From NCBI GenBank assembly GCA_965198235.1, contig OZ240248.1, positions 2,720,001-2,784,000 on the forward strand: a DNA stretch of 64,000 nt, given 5' to 3'. This DNA comes from Candidatus Poribacteria bacterium. Its GTDB lineage: Bacteria > Poribacteria > WGA-4E > WGA-3G. The notes under the pieces were generated by a model. It had not been told where the DNA came from. It made no database searches and was given only the letters and a program-made list of their open reading frames with translations. The position numbers were made by a program, and so were the translations under genes. Positions 38,617 to 49,247 of this stretch are shown piece by piece. Position 1 is the stretch's first letter. The number at the start of each line of letters is the position of its first letter.

Positions 38617-41337
38617 ATGGCAAAATGGACAGTCTGCTTGGCAACATTCCTCTATTTGGGAGTTGCTATCCATAGCAGTAGCGCAAAAAAATTGACGTTA
38701 GATGATATTTTTCCAACCGACCGAGTTATAGGTGTTCAAATCACCGTCTCACGGCAGGATTGGGACACGATCCGATATCAGTCCCGGGATTTTATGACAG
38801 CACTTGGTGCGTCTCGGCAATTTAAGCCGATGGAGAGTCCATATACCTATGTTGAGGCGAGCGTTAGTATTGATGGCGTGGCTTTCCCGAAGGTAGGACT
38901 CCGTAAAAAAGGGTTCATCGGTTCGCTAAGCCACACCCGTCCCTCCCTCAAAATCAAACTAAATCACGTTGACAAAAAGGGTGGAATTGAAGGACTCACG
39001 AACCTGACACTTAATAACAACAAACAAGACACAAGTTTAATGAGCCAATTTATGGGGTATGCGCTGTTTAATGCAATCGGATCGCCAGCACCGCGATGCG
39101 CCTATGCGAAGGTGATAGTAAACGGCGAAAACCTTGGCATTTATTCCCACGTGGAGACCGTTCGTAAACCGTTGTTGAAACGCGCCTTTGGCAACAGCAA
39201 GGGTCCCCTCTATGAAGGAACGGTCGTGGACTTTTATGAAGACTGGGAGAACAGTTTTGAACACAAACGCGGGGACGACGAGCGCGGTAGGGCACATATA
39301 AACGCTTTGATCGACCTTCTGGCGGATCCGAAAGCAACAGAGGCTGATATTGGTGAGTTGGTGGACTTGGATTCATTTTACAGATTCTGGGCGACTGAGG
39401 GTTTAGTCGGATTCTGGGACGGTTATTCGGGCAATAAAAACAACTTTTTCGTCTATTTGAACTCCGACGACAATAAATTTTACTTCATTCCATGGGGCAT
39501 GGATTCCATCTTTACAAAGATGAGCAAGCTTGAGTTCATGAACGACAGGCGCGCACCGATCTCGGTCAAGACACAGGGTTTAATCGCATATAAGTTGTAT
39601 CAACTGGAGTCTGGTCGGAAACGGTATGCCGAAGCACTCACCAAAATTTTAGACAAGCATTGGAATACCTCAGAACTGTTAGCGGCGTTAGACAAAATCG
39701 CTGTAATGGTTGAACCACATTTAGTGCCGGTTCAGCGTGTCGTTGAGCCAGAAGATTGGGACAGAAGTAGAGGATCGCGGAAAAACTTCAAGAGACCAAC
39801 CTTTGAAAGCGAACTGGAGGAAGCCCGTGACTTCATCCGTAACCGTAAAAGTGACATACAGGCAGAAATCGCTGATGGGATGCCGGTATGGAGCAAACGA
39901 CCGGATCCGCCGTTCGTCATCTCAGAAGATGGCGACTTCATGAAAAGCTTTCTGAAATTAATAGAAAATACCTTAGTAGATGCCGCACGCACGGGAGACC
40001 TTGAAGCCATCAAACAGCACATAGCGGACGGTGCCGATGTTAACGCCCTGCATTTTGAGATGTCTCCCTTGACATGGGCGGCAATGATGGGACAGACAGA
40101 AGCTGCCGAACTGCTACTCCAACATGGTGCGGATATTAATGGCAGAAACAGAGACGATAACACCGCCTTGCATCTCGCCGTATTTCTGGGGTACGCTGAA
40201 ACTGCTGAACTACTCCTAAAAAGCGGAGCCGATGTCAACGCAAAGAATGATGATGATGCCACACCCGTAGACCTCTTAGGAGTACCGTGGGAAATGACAA
40301 GGCTTCTGACAAGACCCATGGGCATACAGTTGGAACGGGAAGAGGTTGAAGCCGGAAAAGCTAAAATTCGGGAGATGTTTAGTTTTGACGCGAAACTCGG
40401 GGTAGGAACTTTGCCCAACGTTAAAGACAATTCAAAAGACCTATGGGCAGCAGCCCGCACCGGCGACCTGCAGGCGATAAAACGCTATATCAAAAAAGGT
40501 GGAGATGTCAACGCATTGGATAAGGTGTTCCAATTATCAGCGATGTCATGGAGTGCACTTCACGGGCAGACTGAAGCTATCCAACTCCTGATTGAAAACG
40601 GTGCCGAGGTCAATATAAAAAGCGGTGACGGTGCTACACCGTTACACAGCGCGGCATTTTTTGGGAGAACCGATGTCGTGAAACTTCTTCTGGAAAATGG
40701 AGCAAACCCCCAAGCACGCAACAATGAGGGGGCAACGCCAGTAGATGTTTTGTCCGTTGATTGGGAAACGACTGCCTTCATCGGCAGCTTGGTCGGCGTA
40801 ACGGTGGAGAAGGAAGACCTTGCAGTTATGAAAACAGGCAGGAGCGAAATCGCGAAACTTTTCGGTGTTGATGAAGCACTCCACGACATAGAAGTAGGAA
40901 AGTTATGGGATGCGGTGTCTACAGGTAATCTCAGCGTGGTGGAACAAGCATTAGCAAATGAAACGGATGTTAACATGAAAGATCCACAATCCGGAGCCAC
41001 GTTGTTGACCGTTGCAGCACTAATGGGGCACACGGAAATCGCGGCACTGCTTATTGATCACGGTGCCGATGTCGATGCCAAAGGCAAGGACGGTGGCACA
41101 CCGCTGCATGCCGCGGCTTTCCTTGGACGTGTTGAGACAGTGAAACTCCTCCTTGAAAAGGGTGCCGATGTCACCATCCGAAGTAAGGTCGGAAGCACAC
41201 CGCTGGATGCAGCGAAAACGAACTGGCTGCTAACCAAAGGGATACTCGCCATGTTGAAACTTGAAGTAGACGAGGCAGACGTGAAAGCGGGCAGAACTGA
41301 GGTGATAAAACTGATCTCTCAACACAATAGGGAATAG
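38617..41337 (+). CDS. Secreted CotH-family kinase fused to ankyrin repeats
   Basis: Signal-peptide-like N-terminus. CotH motifs (GLRKKG, SLKIK, WDGY, NNFFVY, FIPWGMD). Multiple TPLHxAA-type ankyrin repeats. Confidence 0.88.
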   Translation: MAKWTVCLATFLYLGVAIHSSSAKKLTLDDIFPTDRVIGVQITVSRQDWDTIRYQSRDFMTALGASRQFKPMESPYTYVEASVSIDGVAFPKVGLRKKGFIGSLSHTRPSLKIKLNHVDKKGGIEGLTNLTLNNNKQDTSLMSQFMGYALFNAIGSPAPRCAYAKVIVNGENLGIYSHVETVRKPLLKRAFGNSKGPLYEGTVVDFYEDWENSFEHKRGDDERGRAHINALIDLLADPKATEADIGELVDLDSFYRFWATEGLVGFWDGYSGNKNNFFVYLNSDDNKFYFIPWGMDSIFTKMSKLEFMNDRRAPISVKTQGLIAYKLYQLESGRKRYAEALTKILDKHWNTSELLAALDKIAVMVEPHLVPVQRVVEPEDWDRSRGSRKNFKRPTFESELEEARDFIRNRKSDIQAEIADGMPVWSKRPDPPFVISEDGDFMKSFLKLIENTLVDAARTGDLEAIKQHIADGADVNALHFEMSPLTWAAMMGQTEAAELLLQHGADINGRNRDDNTALHLAVFLGYAETAELLLKSGADVNAKNDDDATPVDLLGVPWEMTRLLTRPMGIQLEREEVEAGKAKIREMFSFDAKLGVGTLPNVKDNSKDLWAAARTGDLQAIKRYIKKGGDVNALDKVFQLSAMSWSALHGQTEAIQLLIENGAEVNIKSGDGATPLHSAAFFGRTDVVKLLLENGANPQARNNEGATPVDVLSVDWETTAFIGSLVGVTVEKEDLAVMKTGRSEIAKLFGVDEALHDIEVGKLWDAVSTGNLSVVEQALANETDVNMKDPQSGATLLTVAALMGHTEIAALLIDHGADVDAKGKDGGTPLHAAAFLGRVETVKLLLEKGADVTIRSKVGSTPLDAAKTNWLLTKGILAMLKLEVDEADVKAGRTEVIKLISQHNRE

Positions 41338-41361
41338 CCGCTACAAGAGAGGAGAAAACCG

Positions 41362-41928
41362 ATGCTTAATTCGCAGAATAATCCTGAGTCGATTCAAAAG
41401 ATACCAGACCCTCACACGATGACACTGGAGGAGTTTCTTGAAAACGACTTAGAGGGTTATGAGTATGTAAAAGGCGAATTAGTGCCGATGCCAGCCACGT
41501 CCATGGAACACGGTGAAATAAGTAGTAACGTTATCCTTCATTTGAGTTCACACGTCTTTGCACATCAACTCGGACGTTTGTATACAGCTGGAACGACGTT
41601 TTGTGTAGGGGACCGAGTGGTGAAACCGGATGTGGCGTTTGTTTTGACTGATCGATTACCGGAAAATAGAACGAAAGGATCACCCATACCACCAGATCTG
41701 GCAGTTGAAGTAGTCTCACCGGCAGACAAACACTATGATGTCACGGAAAAGGCTTTCGCCTATCTGAAAGCGGGAACACGTCTCGTCTGGGTTATTGAAC
41801 CGGTTGCAAAGACAGTAATGGTCTATCGCTCTGAAACAGATTTCACGCTGCTCACTTGTCAAGATACGTTGACAGGTGAGGATGTCGTTGAAGGGTTTAT
41901 GTGTCCGGTCGCGCAACTGTTTGAATAG
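41362..41928 (+). CDS. Uma2-family endonuclease
   Basis: YEYVKGEL, KPDVAF, PDLAVEVVSP, YLKAGTRLVWVI. Confidence 0.92.
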   Translation: MLNSQNNPESIQKIPDPHTMTLEEFLENDLEGYEYVKGELVPMPATSMEHGEISSNVILHLSSHVFAHQLGRLYTAGTTFCVGDRVVKPDVAFVLTDRLPENRTKGSPIPPDLAVEVVSPADKHYDVTEKAFAYLKAGTRLVWVIEPVAKTVMVYRSETDFTLLTCQDTLTGEDVVEGFMCPVAQLFE

Positions 41929-42214
41929 ATCTTTGACTTGACCCGGGAAAACTCATATCCACACCTCTCATACCCAACCACCACGAAAAAGTTTGATTTT
42001 TTTTTAAAATGTGCTAAACTATTTCCCGCGTCAGTTTACATAAGGGGCCGGTGCCACAGTTTTGCTAACAATCTCACTCCCAAATTTAAGCGAGATTTGT
42101 GATCGAACGGTTAGTTCGGTCCTGATATTATTCTTTAGGTAACATCCTCAAAAATTTTTATCAGTAACTTCAGTTTCTACAGATATACGGATGGTCAACT
42201 GAGGTCTTTAACCC

Positions 42215-42566
42215 ATGCACTTTGAAAAGTTTGAAAGAGTAGAATATAAACACGATATTCTATTCGAGGTTTTATGCCAGAGCAGAAGACCTTGAAGCTT
42301 TGCAAAAAGTATCTTCATTCAATGACGGAACCGTAAAAGCGAATGTGATTCATGTTCTGTCTGAGATGTCTGGAAGGTTTAGAAGGAAGGAATTCGTTAA
42401 TGAAAAATCGTATGTAATTGACGTAGACTGCTTTTCTGAAAGCAGAGTAGGGAGTATAAATGACGTACTTACAAGATGTGATGCATTCAAGCGACTCAGT
42501 TGGAACATCTTCCAGTGGAGTATCACAGACGATCTACGGGATGCCATGGGAAGATCAGAGTTATGA
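42215..42566 (+). pseudogene. Broken TIGR04255-family gene
   Basis: N-terminus MHFEKFERVEYKHDILFEVLCQ stops early. The C-terminus YVIDVDCF...IFQWSITDDLRDAM lies in another frame and most of the middle appears missing. Confidence 0.55.
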
Positions 42567-43032
42567 GGATACTAATACTCTTCTTGTAAAACCAGAGTTA
42601 TCTGAGTCTGTTAATACAACTGTAAATATAGGACAGAAAGAATTCTATAAGCAAATCATCCAGTATTGGCAAAGGCGTGAAATTTTAGATCGGTTTGATG
42701 TTCTCGCACAACGGAAAGACAACTGGGATGGGTATGAATCCAAAAAACCAACCCAACCGACCCTAGATCATGCGAAGAATCTTATCGAAGAATTGTTTGA
42801 TTCTATCATTTCTGCCGGACATTTGTGGCTCACGCCCTTCATCTCCAGCGATGAAGATGGCTATATAACTGCAGAATGGTATGAAAAAGGACGACAATTA
42901 CATATCCAAATCGGAGAAAATGAGACAGAGTATCTCCAAGTATGGGGGATAAATATTGATACGGAGATGCACGAGAGTTTTCTTAGCCGTGACAATTATC
43001 TAACGCTTTGGGAATGGTTACTTCATGGGTAA
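42541..43032 (+). CDS. Hypothetical protein with NWDGY motif
   Basis: KDNWDGYESKKP...DEDGYITAEW. Start uncertain (42460 or 42541). Confidence 0.6.
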   Translation: MPWEDQSYEDTNTLLVKPELSESVNTTVNIGQKEFYKQIIQYWQRREILDRFDVLAQRKDNWDGYESKKPTQPTLDHAKNLIEELFDSIISAGHLWLTPFISSDEDGYITAEWYEKGRQLHIQIGENETEYLQVWGINIDTEMHESFLSRDNYLTLWEWLLHG

Positions 43033-43348
43033 AAACGATTCCGTACGGGATGATGAGTTGCTATATCGAAGTGTACGAAGTGAATCAGAAGTCGAAGAAT
43101 ATTTTTTTGACAGAGGGAAGCTTATAATTCGCCCAGCGGCTTTTAATGATAAACGTAAAAAACCATCTGTGGATAGAGCAGAGCTAAGAGAATTCGATCC
43201 AGAAAACTACGCCCACTCACAAATTATTGTGGCTCCTGAATTTTTTGGCACAGGTAGCAAACAAAAGAGTACATTTAAAAAATTGCGGGTTGCACTTGCT
43301 ACACTGGCAACTGAAAACGGATGGAGATTAGAACCACAGGCGAATTAG
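43025..43348 (+). CDS. Hypothetical protein, possible ADP-ribosyltransferase-like fold
   Basis: ELLYR...AF...SVDR...AHSQI pattern. Overlaps the upstream stop codon. Confidence 0.5.
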   Translation: MGKNDSVRDDELLYRSVRSESEVEEYFFDRGKLIIRPAAFNDKRKKPSVDRAELREFDPENYAHSQIIVAPEFFGTGSKQKSTFKKLRVALATLATENGWRLEPQAN

Positions 43349-43370
43349 GAAGGGATACCAAAGGAAAACG

Positions 43371-43393
43371 GGCGGATATAGAAATCCGCCTTT
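43371..43393 (+). terminator. Candidate intrinsic terminator
   Basis: GGCGGAT-N6-ATCCGCC followed by TTT after the 43348 stop. Confidence 0.45.
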
Positions 43394-43537
43394 ACAATTT
43401 AAAGTAGTTTGGTAGTTCTCTGTTCCATGCTTACAGGTATAGAATTTGTCTCCGGTGAAGATATATCTGAGGAAACAAATCTAAACCTATTCTGGTACCA
43501 AGTCAAAACCTTCACTACAATAGGAAGGAAGTCCAAC

Positions 43538-45505
43538 ATGGCAAAACCGATTAACTACACTGACATTTTAGAAACTGGTGATAGCGGCATCTATGACATC
43601 GAAACGCATGCCGCCGGTCCCGAAGGCAGTCTGCCGCTCACGGCAGAGATGCTCCTCAATCGACCGAGTGGGGACGTATTTGGCTTGACCCACAACGCTG
43701 CTATGGGTTGGGCACCGACGGAACTCCGACGAGAGGAATTCTTAATCCTCAGCACACAGGGAGGTATCCGCGCCCCTGATGGCAGTCCGATCGCGCTCGG
43801 GTATCACACCGGGCATTGGGAAGTGGGACTTCTGATGCAGGCGGTCGCACATGAACTTAAGGAACTCGCGGCGATCCCGTTCGCAGGCTACTGTTCCGAT
43901 CCCTGTGACGGACGGACACAAGGCACCGTCGGTATGATGGACAGTCTCGCATATCGCAACGACGCTGCACAGATTTTTCGTCGCCTCATCCGCTCTCTAC
44001 CAACGCGAAAGGGTGTTGTCGGTGTTGCCACATGCGATAAAGGCTTACCCGCAATGATGATGGCACTCGCCTCAATGCGGGAACTACCAGCTGTCCTCGT
44101 TCCGGGTGGCGTGACGTTGCCACCTACTACAGGGGAAGATGCTGGGAAAATCCAGACGATCGGTGTCCGTTTCGCACACGGTGAGATTAGCCTGCAAGAT
44201 GCAGCGGACATGGGTTGCCGTGCCTGTGCGACCCCCGGTGGAGGCTGTCAATTCTTGGGAACTGCAGCAACATCGCAGGTTGTCGGCGAAGCGTTGGGAA
44301 TGAGTCTGACGCATACAGCATTAGCACCATCCGGACAGAACATCTGGTCGGACATGGGACTCCGTTCCGCACGCGCTGTTGTGAATTTAGCCGCGAAGGG
44401 GTTGACGATGAATGACATCGTTACACCGGAGGCGATTCGGAACGCTATGGTAGTGCATGCAGCGTTTGGCGGTTCCACGAACCTCCTGTTGCATATCCCT
44501 GCGATTGCACATGCTGCCGGCCTCCAACGTCCGACGGTAAACGACTGGACAGAAGTCAATCAAAGCGTACCGCGTCTCGTTGATGTTCTACCGAATGGAC
44601 CTGTTGGACATCCCACAGTGAGAGTCTTCCTCGCCGGTGGCGTGCCTGAGGTGATGCTGCACTTGCGCGAATTGGGGTGCCTCAACGAAAACGTGCTAAC
44701 GGCGACAGGCGAAACCCTCGGTAGCAACCTCGATTGGTGGGCAAACTCTGAACGACGCGCGCGCGTCCGTCAAACACTGGAGGACAAAGATAACATTGCC
44801 CCTGATGAAGTGATTCTGAGTCCGGATGCCGCGAAGGAAGCGGGATTGACGCGCACAGTGACGTTCCCACGCGGCAGTCTTGCCCCAGAAGGGTCTGTCA
44901 TTAAAAGCACTGCCATCGATCCAAGTGTCGTTGATGCCGACGGTGTGTATCGGATGACGGGACCGGCACGGGTCTTTGTCCGAGAATCTGATGCCATACA
45001 GACACTTAAAGGTCAGGGTGAAAGGGATATCCAGCCGGGTGACATCATAGTGCTGTGCTGTCGGGGTCCGCAAGGCACTGGAATGGAGGAAGTTTACCAG
45101 TTGACAGCCGCGTTGAAACACCTTTCCTTCGGTAAAAATATCGCCTTGATTACGGATGCACGGTTCTCTGGTGTGTCAACTGGCGCGTGTATCGGGCACG
45201 TCGGACCGGAGGCACTCGCAGGTGGTCCCATCGGGAAGGTGCTTGATGGCGACATAATTCAGATCGAGATTGATACCCGGCGACTGGAAGGGAGCGTCGA
45301 TCTGGTCGGACACGGCAGCGAACGCTTCGGTGCTGAAGCGGGTGAACAGGTTTTGGCAGCACGCGCACCACGTCCAGATCTCTCGCCAGACGAGGCTTTG
45401 CCAGATGATACGCGCCTTTGGGCAGCATTGCAATCTGTCGGCGGTGGCACATGGGGTGGCTGTGTTTACGACGTAGACGCGATCCTCAACGCTCTAGGCC
45501 GATAA
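43538..45505 (+). CDS. YjhG/YagF-family D-xylonate dehydratase (IlvD/Edd family)
   Basis: [53 protein letters not shown]. Confidence 0.92.
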   Translation: MAKPINYTDILETGDSGIYDIETHAAGPEGSLPLTAEMLLNRPSGDVFGLTHNAAMGWAPTELRREEFLILSTQGGIRAPDGSPIALGYHTGHWEVGLLMQAVAHELKELAAIPFAGYCSDPCDGRTQGTVGMMDSLAYRNDAAQIFRRLIRSLPTRKGVVGVATCDKGLPAMMMALASMRELPAVLVPGGVTLPPTTGEDAGKIQTIGVRFAHGEISLQDAADMGCRACATPGGGCQFLGTAATSQVVGEALGMSLTHTALAPSGQNIWSDMGLRSARAVVNLAAKGLTMNDIVTPEAIRNAMVVHAAFGGSTNLLLHIPAIAHAAGLQRPTVNDWTEVNQSVPRLVDVLPNGPVGHPTVRVFLAGGVPEVMLHLRELGCLNENVLTATGETLGSNLDWWANSERRARVRQTLEDKDNIAPDEVILSPDAAKEAGLTRTVTFPRGSLAPEGSVIKSTAIDPSVVDADGVYRMTGPARVFVRESDAIQTLKGQGERDIQPGDIIVLCCRGPQGTGMEEVYQLTAALKHLSFGKNIALITDARFSGVSTGACIGHVGPEALAGGPIGKVLDGDIIQIEIDTRRLEGSVDLVGHGSERFGAEAGEQVLAARAPRPDLSPDEALPDDTRLWAALQSVGGGTWGGCVYDVDAILNALGR

Positions 45506-45607
45506 CCCCTAAAAGCAAATATCACGAAAAATTGGAAAAAACGCGAAGCCTGAAACGAAGTGGAAGGGTTTTTGATCGGGTGTTTCTTCAGGGCTACGGA
45601 GACGAGC

Positions 45608-46018
45608 GTGAAATCCCAGACGAACCTTATCGAACCGCAAGGAAAATTAGAAAATTGGGTGCCGCCTCTTCTGTACATGGCACTCATTTTTGTCATCTCG
45701 TCTTTGGAGCAACCACCACTTCCAATGCCAGAATTTGAGTGGCTGACGATTGACAAACTCTACCATTTTATCGAATACGCCATCCTCGGCGGATTAGTAG
45801 CACGAGCACTTGTGAAGGCGAAACCCTCGGTAGTGCCAGCACGATTGGTGTGGCATGTGGCGGTGGTGTTCTCTATCCTCTACGGTGCAAGTGATGAATG
45901 GCATCAGACCTTTGTCCCCGGCAGATTCGCTACCTTCGCGGACTGGGTCGCAGACGTGTTGGGGGTAATCGGCGGTGTGTTAGGTGTTTATCTCTATTAT
46001 AAGAGAAAGCAGTCTTAA
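45608..46018 (+). CDS. VanZ-family membrane protein
   Basis: DKLYHFIEYAIL, DEWHQTFVPGR, DWVAD. Confidence 0.88.
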   Translation: MKSQTNLIEPQGKLENWVPPLLYMALIFVISSLEQPPLPMPEFEWLTIDKLYHFIEYAILGGLVARALVKAKPSVVPARLVWHVAVVFSILYGASDEWHQTFVPGRFATFADWVADVLGVIGGVLGVYLYYKRKQS

Positions 46019-46169
46019 TAGTTATCAGTTTGCCTCGCAGTGAGAGTTGTCAGTAACTCGTTTGTGGCAGGTGAGAACGTCTTTACCACCACAAATCTCT
46101 TTAACTGAAAACTAATAACTGAAAGCCTGCGCAGCAGGCGTACTGACAACTATTAAAAAAGGAATTAAC

Positions 46170-46961
46170 ATGCATCCACTTGTTGAATTGAAAGTGCCGG
46201 ATGGTTCTATCGCTGTTCATTGGTTTGAACAGAGCAGTTTTGCGCTGAAGGATTCTGATGGTACTATTGTCCAAATCGACCCTTATTTTCCACGTGAGCG
46301 TCCCGCGGATCGTTTTATTCACACCGAACCACCCCTTGACGAATCAGCACTTCCAACCGATTACGTTCTCTTGACCCATGCGCACGGCGATCACACCTGC
46401 CCAGAATCCATACGCCGGATCTGGGAGACTTCGGACGCGACGCGGTTTGTTGGGCCCGAAGAGAGCGCACGCCAAATCGAGGCAGAGACAGATGTTGCAG
46501 CAGGGAATATTTCAGAGATTCACGCGGGAGAATCAGCGACGCTAAACAGTCTCACTGTACATGCCGTCTATGCCAAGCCCCCTGAAGGCGATGCCTCCGC
46601 TGACATAGCACCACCCGATGTCACACACTTGGGCTATGTGATTGTCAGTAACGGTGTAACGCTCTATTTCAGCGGCGATCCAATCAATAATTTCGCTGAA
46701 CACGACGAACTGATTTCACCAGTGGCGGCATATAAACCGGATATTGGTTTTCTGACGAACCATCCGACCGAAGGTGAGTTTCCGTTCTACGATGGATGCG
46801 TCAAAATGGCAACACGGATTAGACTAAAGCACGCAGTTCCAGGGCATCGCGCTTGTTTTGTCACCCGCGATTACAACCCAAACGAGTGGGCAGATCAGTT
46901 CCCAGCAGGCGGTCCCGAACCGCTTATCATTGAGAGAAATTCACATATTATTTATCAATAG
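46170..46961 (+). CDS. Metallo-beta-lactamase-fold hydrolase (UlaG-like)
   Basis: IDPYF, THAHGDH, YFSGD, PGH. Confidence 0.88.
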   Translation: MHPLVELKVPDGSIAVHWFEQSSFALKDSDGTIVQIDPYFPRERPADRFIHTEPPLDESALPTDYVLLTHAHGDHTCPESIRRIWETSDATRFVGPEESARQIEAETDVAAGNISEIHAGESATLNSLTVHAVYAKPPEGDASADIAPPDVTHLGYVIVSNGVTLYFSGDPINNFAEHDELISPVAAYKPDIGFLTNHPTEGEFPFYDGCVKMATRIRLKHAVPGHRACFVTRDYNPNEWADQFPAGGPEPLIIERNSHIIYQ

Positions 46962-47096
46962 TTATCGGTTGTCGGCTATCGGCTATCAGTCAAGAGCAGT
47001 TTGTGGCGGTAAAGTGATATGTAACCGCCACAGGTTTCCCTATTGACTGCCGACCGCTGACGGCTGACAGCCACTAAAAGAGGTACAGATACATAT

Positions 47097-47624
47097 ATGT
47101 CCTTTCAAAAACAAAAAACTCCACTTGTCGGTATAGTCATGGGAAGTGACTCCGACTTAGAAAAGATGGCGGAAGCCGCTAAAGTTTTAGAGGAATTTGA
47201 AGTCCCGTTTGAGATAACCATATCCTCCGCGCACCGTTCACCGGAACGGACGCTTGCGTGGACAGAAAAAATTAAAGCAGAAGGTGGAAAGGTCATCATC
47301 GCTGGTGCTGGACGCGCAGCGCATCTCGCTGGGGTCATCGCGGCACATACGACACTACCGGTCATCGGTGTCCCAGTTGACGGTGGACCGCTCAACGGCG
47401 TTGACGCACTGTATGCAACAGTTCAGATGCCTCCGGGAATTCCCGTGGGAACGATGGCAATCGGATCAGGCGGTGCACGGAATGCCGGGCTATTTGCTAT
47501 CCAAATTTTGGCGACCCAATCCCCTGAACTGGAAGAAAAACTGTTAGTCTACAAAACAAAATTGAGCGATGGTGTCGCAGAGAAAGCGGCACGTCTTCAA
47601 GAGGTTGGCTATCAGAATTATTAG
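47097..47624 (+). CDS. purE: N5-CAIR mutase PurE
   Basis: GIVMGSDSD, SAHRSP, AGAGRAAHL, QMPPGIPVGT. Confidence 0.97.
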   Translation: MSFQKQKTPLVGIVMGSDSDLEKMAEAAKVLEEFEVPFEITISSAHRSPERTLAWTEKIKAEGGKVIIAGAGRAAHLAGVIAAHTTLPVIGVPVDGGPLNGVDALYATVQMPPGIPVGTMAIGSGGARNAGLFAIQILATQSPELEEKLLVYKTKLSDGVAEKAARLQEVGYQNY

Positions 47625-47924
47625 AGATCGGGAGCGTCGGAAAACTTCGGCGAACTTGTATTCAACGTGTATATCTTCTCGACACGATTTGCCAGAGCGT
47701 CCAAACCTAATCGGCGCGGCGCGTCGAAGGGCGTAGCAGTCGAACGCAGTGCTCAGGATTAACTGGAAACCTGCCTGAAAGAAATCGGGGTTACAAACCC
47801 CTCCCACAGTGAAAGGGTTTTTGCTTAAGAAATCCGCAGAAATACCCAAGCAAGGGGAAACGCCCAAGCAAAAACACCCCAAGCAAAAACGGTGTTTCTT
47901 TGCCCAGGAGTAATAAATTAAAAA

Positions 47925-48599
47925 ATGGAAACCTTTGAGTGGAACAACGATACAGAACTGTTTGATATAATGGAAAAGCAGTTATACGCCGCTGTGATTT
48001 CGGATGCACTTGATACAGTCGGTTACCGCGAACAGGCACTGCGACATACCATCCGTCCCCTTCACCCAGAGACAGTTGTCGTAGGTCGCGCAATGCCTGT
48101 GCTGTGTGTGGATGTCTACGAGATTCCAAGTGAACCGTATCAGCAGGAAATCGCAGCGGTGGATAGCCTTAAACAGGACGATGTGTTCGTCTGCTCTACG
48201 GACCAGAGTACCCGTAACTGTATTTGGGGAGAGCTCCTCTCAACGGCAGCACGGGCGCGCGGCGCGCGTGGTGCTATCATTGACGGGTTTATCCGAGATG
48301 CTCGCCAGATCTTAGCAATGGGGTTTCCCATGTTTACAACAGGGTTGTCCCCTGTCGACTCTAATGGACGCGGCGATGTGGTCGCTTATAACGTTCCGAT
48401 TGAATGCGGTGGTGTTACGGTTAATCCTGGCGATATCGTGTTCGGTGATGCAGACGGAGTTGTTGTTATCCCGCAAGCAGTAGAAATAGACGTGCTTGAA
48501 GCTGCGTTTGCAAAGGTAGCGGGTGAAAACCGGACTCGTGATGAACTCCGTGCTGGCGCGACGCTGCGGGAAGTTTATGACAAATACGGGATTCTGTGA
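47925..48599 (+). CDS. RraA/HMG-aldolase family protein
   Basis: ISDALD, WGELL, IDGFIRD, PGDIVFGDADGVV. Confidence 0.9.
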   Translation: METFEWNNDTELFDIMEKQLYAAVISDALDTVGYREQALRHTIRPLHPETVVVGRAMPVLCVDVYEIPSEPYQQEIAAVDSLKQDDVFVCSTDQSTRNCIWGELLSTAARARGARGAIIDGFIRDARQILAMGFPMFTTGLSPVDSNGRGDVVAYNVPIECGGVTVNPGDIVFGDADGVVVIPQAVEIDVLEAAFAKVAGENRTRDELRAGATLREVYDKYGIL

Positions 48600-48770
48600 T
48601 GAATAGATTAGATTGAGGCACAGGGACCTCGTCTAAGAAAGAAAATTAAAAAGAGGAAGCTTGAATTTTTTAGAAAAAGCATGTAAGCCCAACCAACGGG
48701 CCGGGCTGGATATACGGAGAGGGACGTTCTTCGCAAACCTGCCTGAACGAACCGCAAGGAAAATTAAAAA

Positions 48771-49100
48771 ATGATTTATGAATTGCGCACCTATCAGGTT
48801 GTACCGGGGAAGATGAAAAACCTGAACGACCGGTTTGCAAACATCACCGTTCCGCTGTTCGAGAAGCACGGAATGAAGGTTATCGGGTTTTGGGAAACGG
48901 CTATTGGAGAGGCAACGACAACGGAACTTGTCTATATGCTCGCTTTTGAAGATCTCGGGCACTACCAGCGTGCGTGGGATGCATTCATCGCTGATCCCGC
49001 GTGGCAAGCGGCGAAACGCCTGACAGAAGTGGGCGGTCCGTTGGTAAACGTGGCGAGTTCCAAGATCCTTGAACCAACAGATTATTCGCCACTTCAGTAG
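48771..49100 (+). CDS. NIPSNAP-family protein
   Basis: MIYELRTY...IGFW...PTDYSPL. Confidence 0.92.
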   Translation: MIYELRTYQVVPGKMKNLNDRFANITVPLFEKHGMKVIGFWETAIGEATTTELVYMLAFEDLGHYQRAWDAFIADPAWQAAKRLTEVGGPLVNVASSKILEPTDYSPLQ

Positions 49101-49247
49101 TTAACTAAAGTTTGGACAATTCCCTGTAGGAATTAGCGATCAGCGGTCAGTCTCCTAACCGTACAGATTCTTATTGCCATCAAAATTCACCAAAAACCAT
49201 CGTGGAACGATGCGCGGAGGCCCATAGTTAGAAAAATTCAAACGCAC

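Noticed and set aside
39732-41252. Long antisense ORFs in the ankyrin gene (similar ones in the dehydratase, helicase, C25 and lon genes)
   Set aside because: Shadow frames of well-supported genes, with no recognisable motifs.
47625-47780. Possible ncRNA downstream of purE
   Set aside because: Some hairpins, but no second copy, covariation or recognisable family to support a call.
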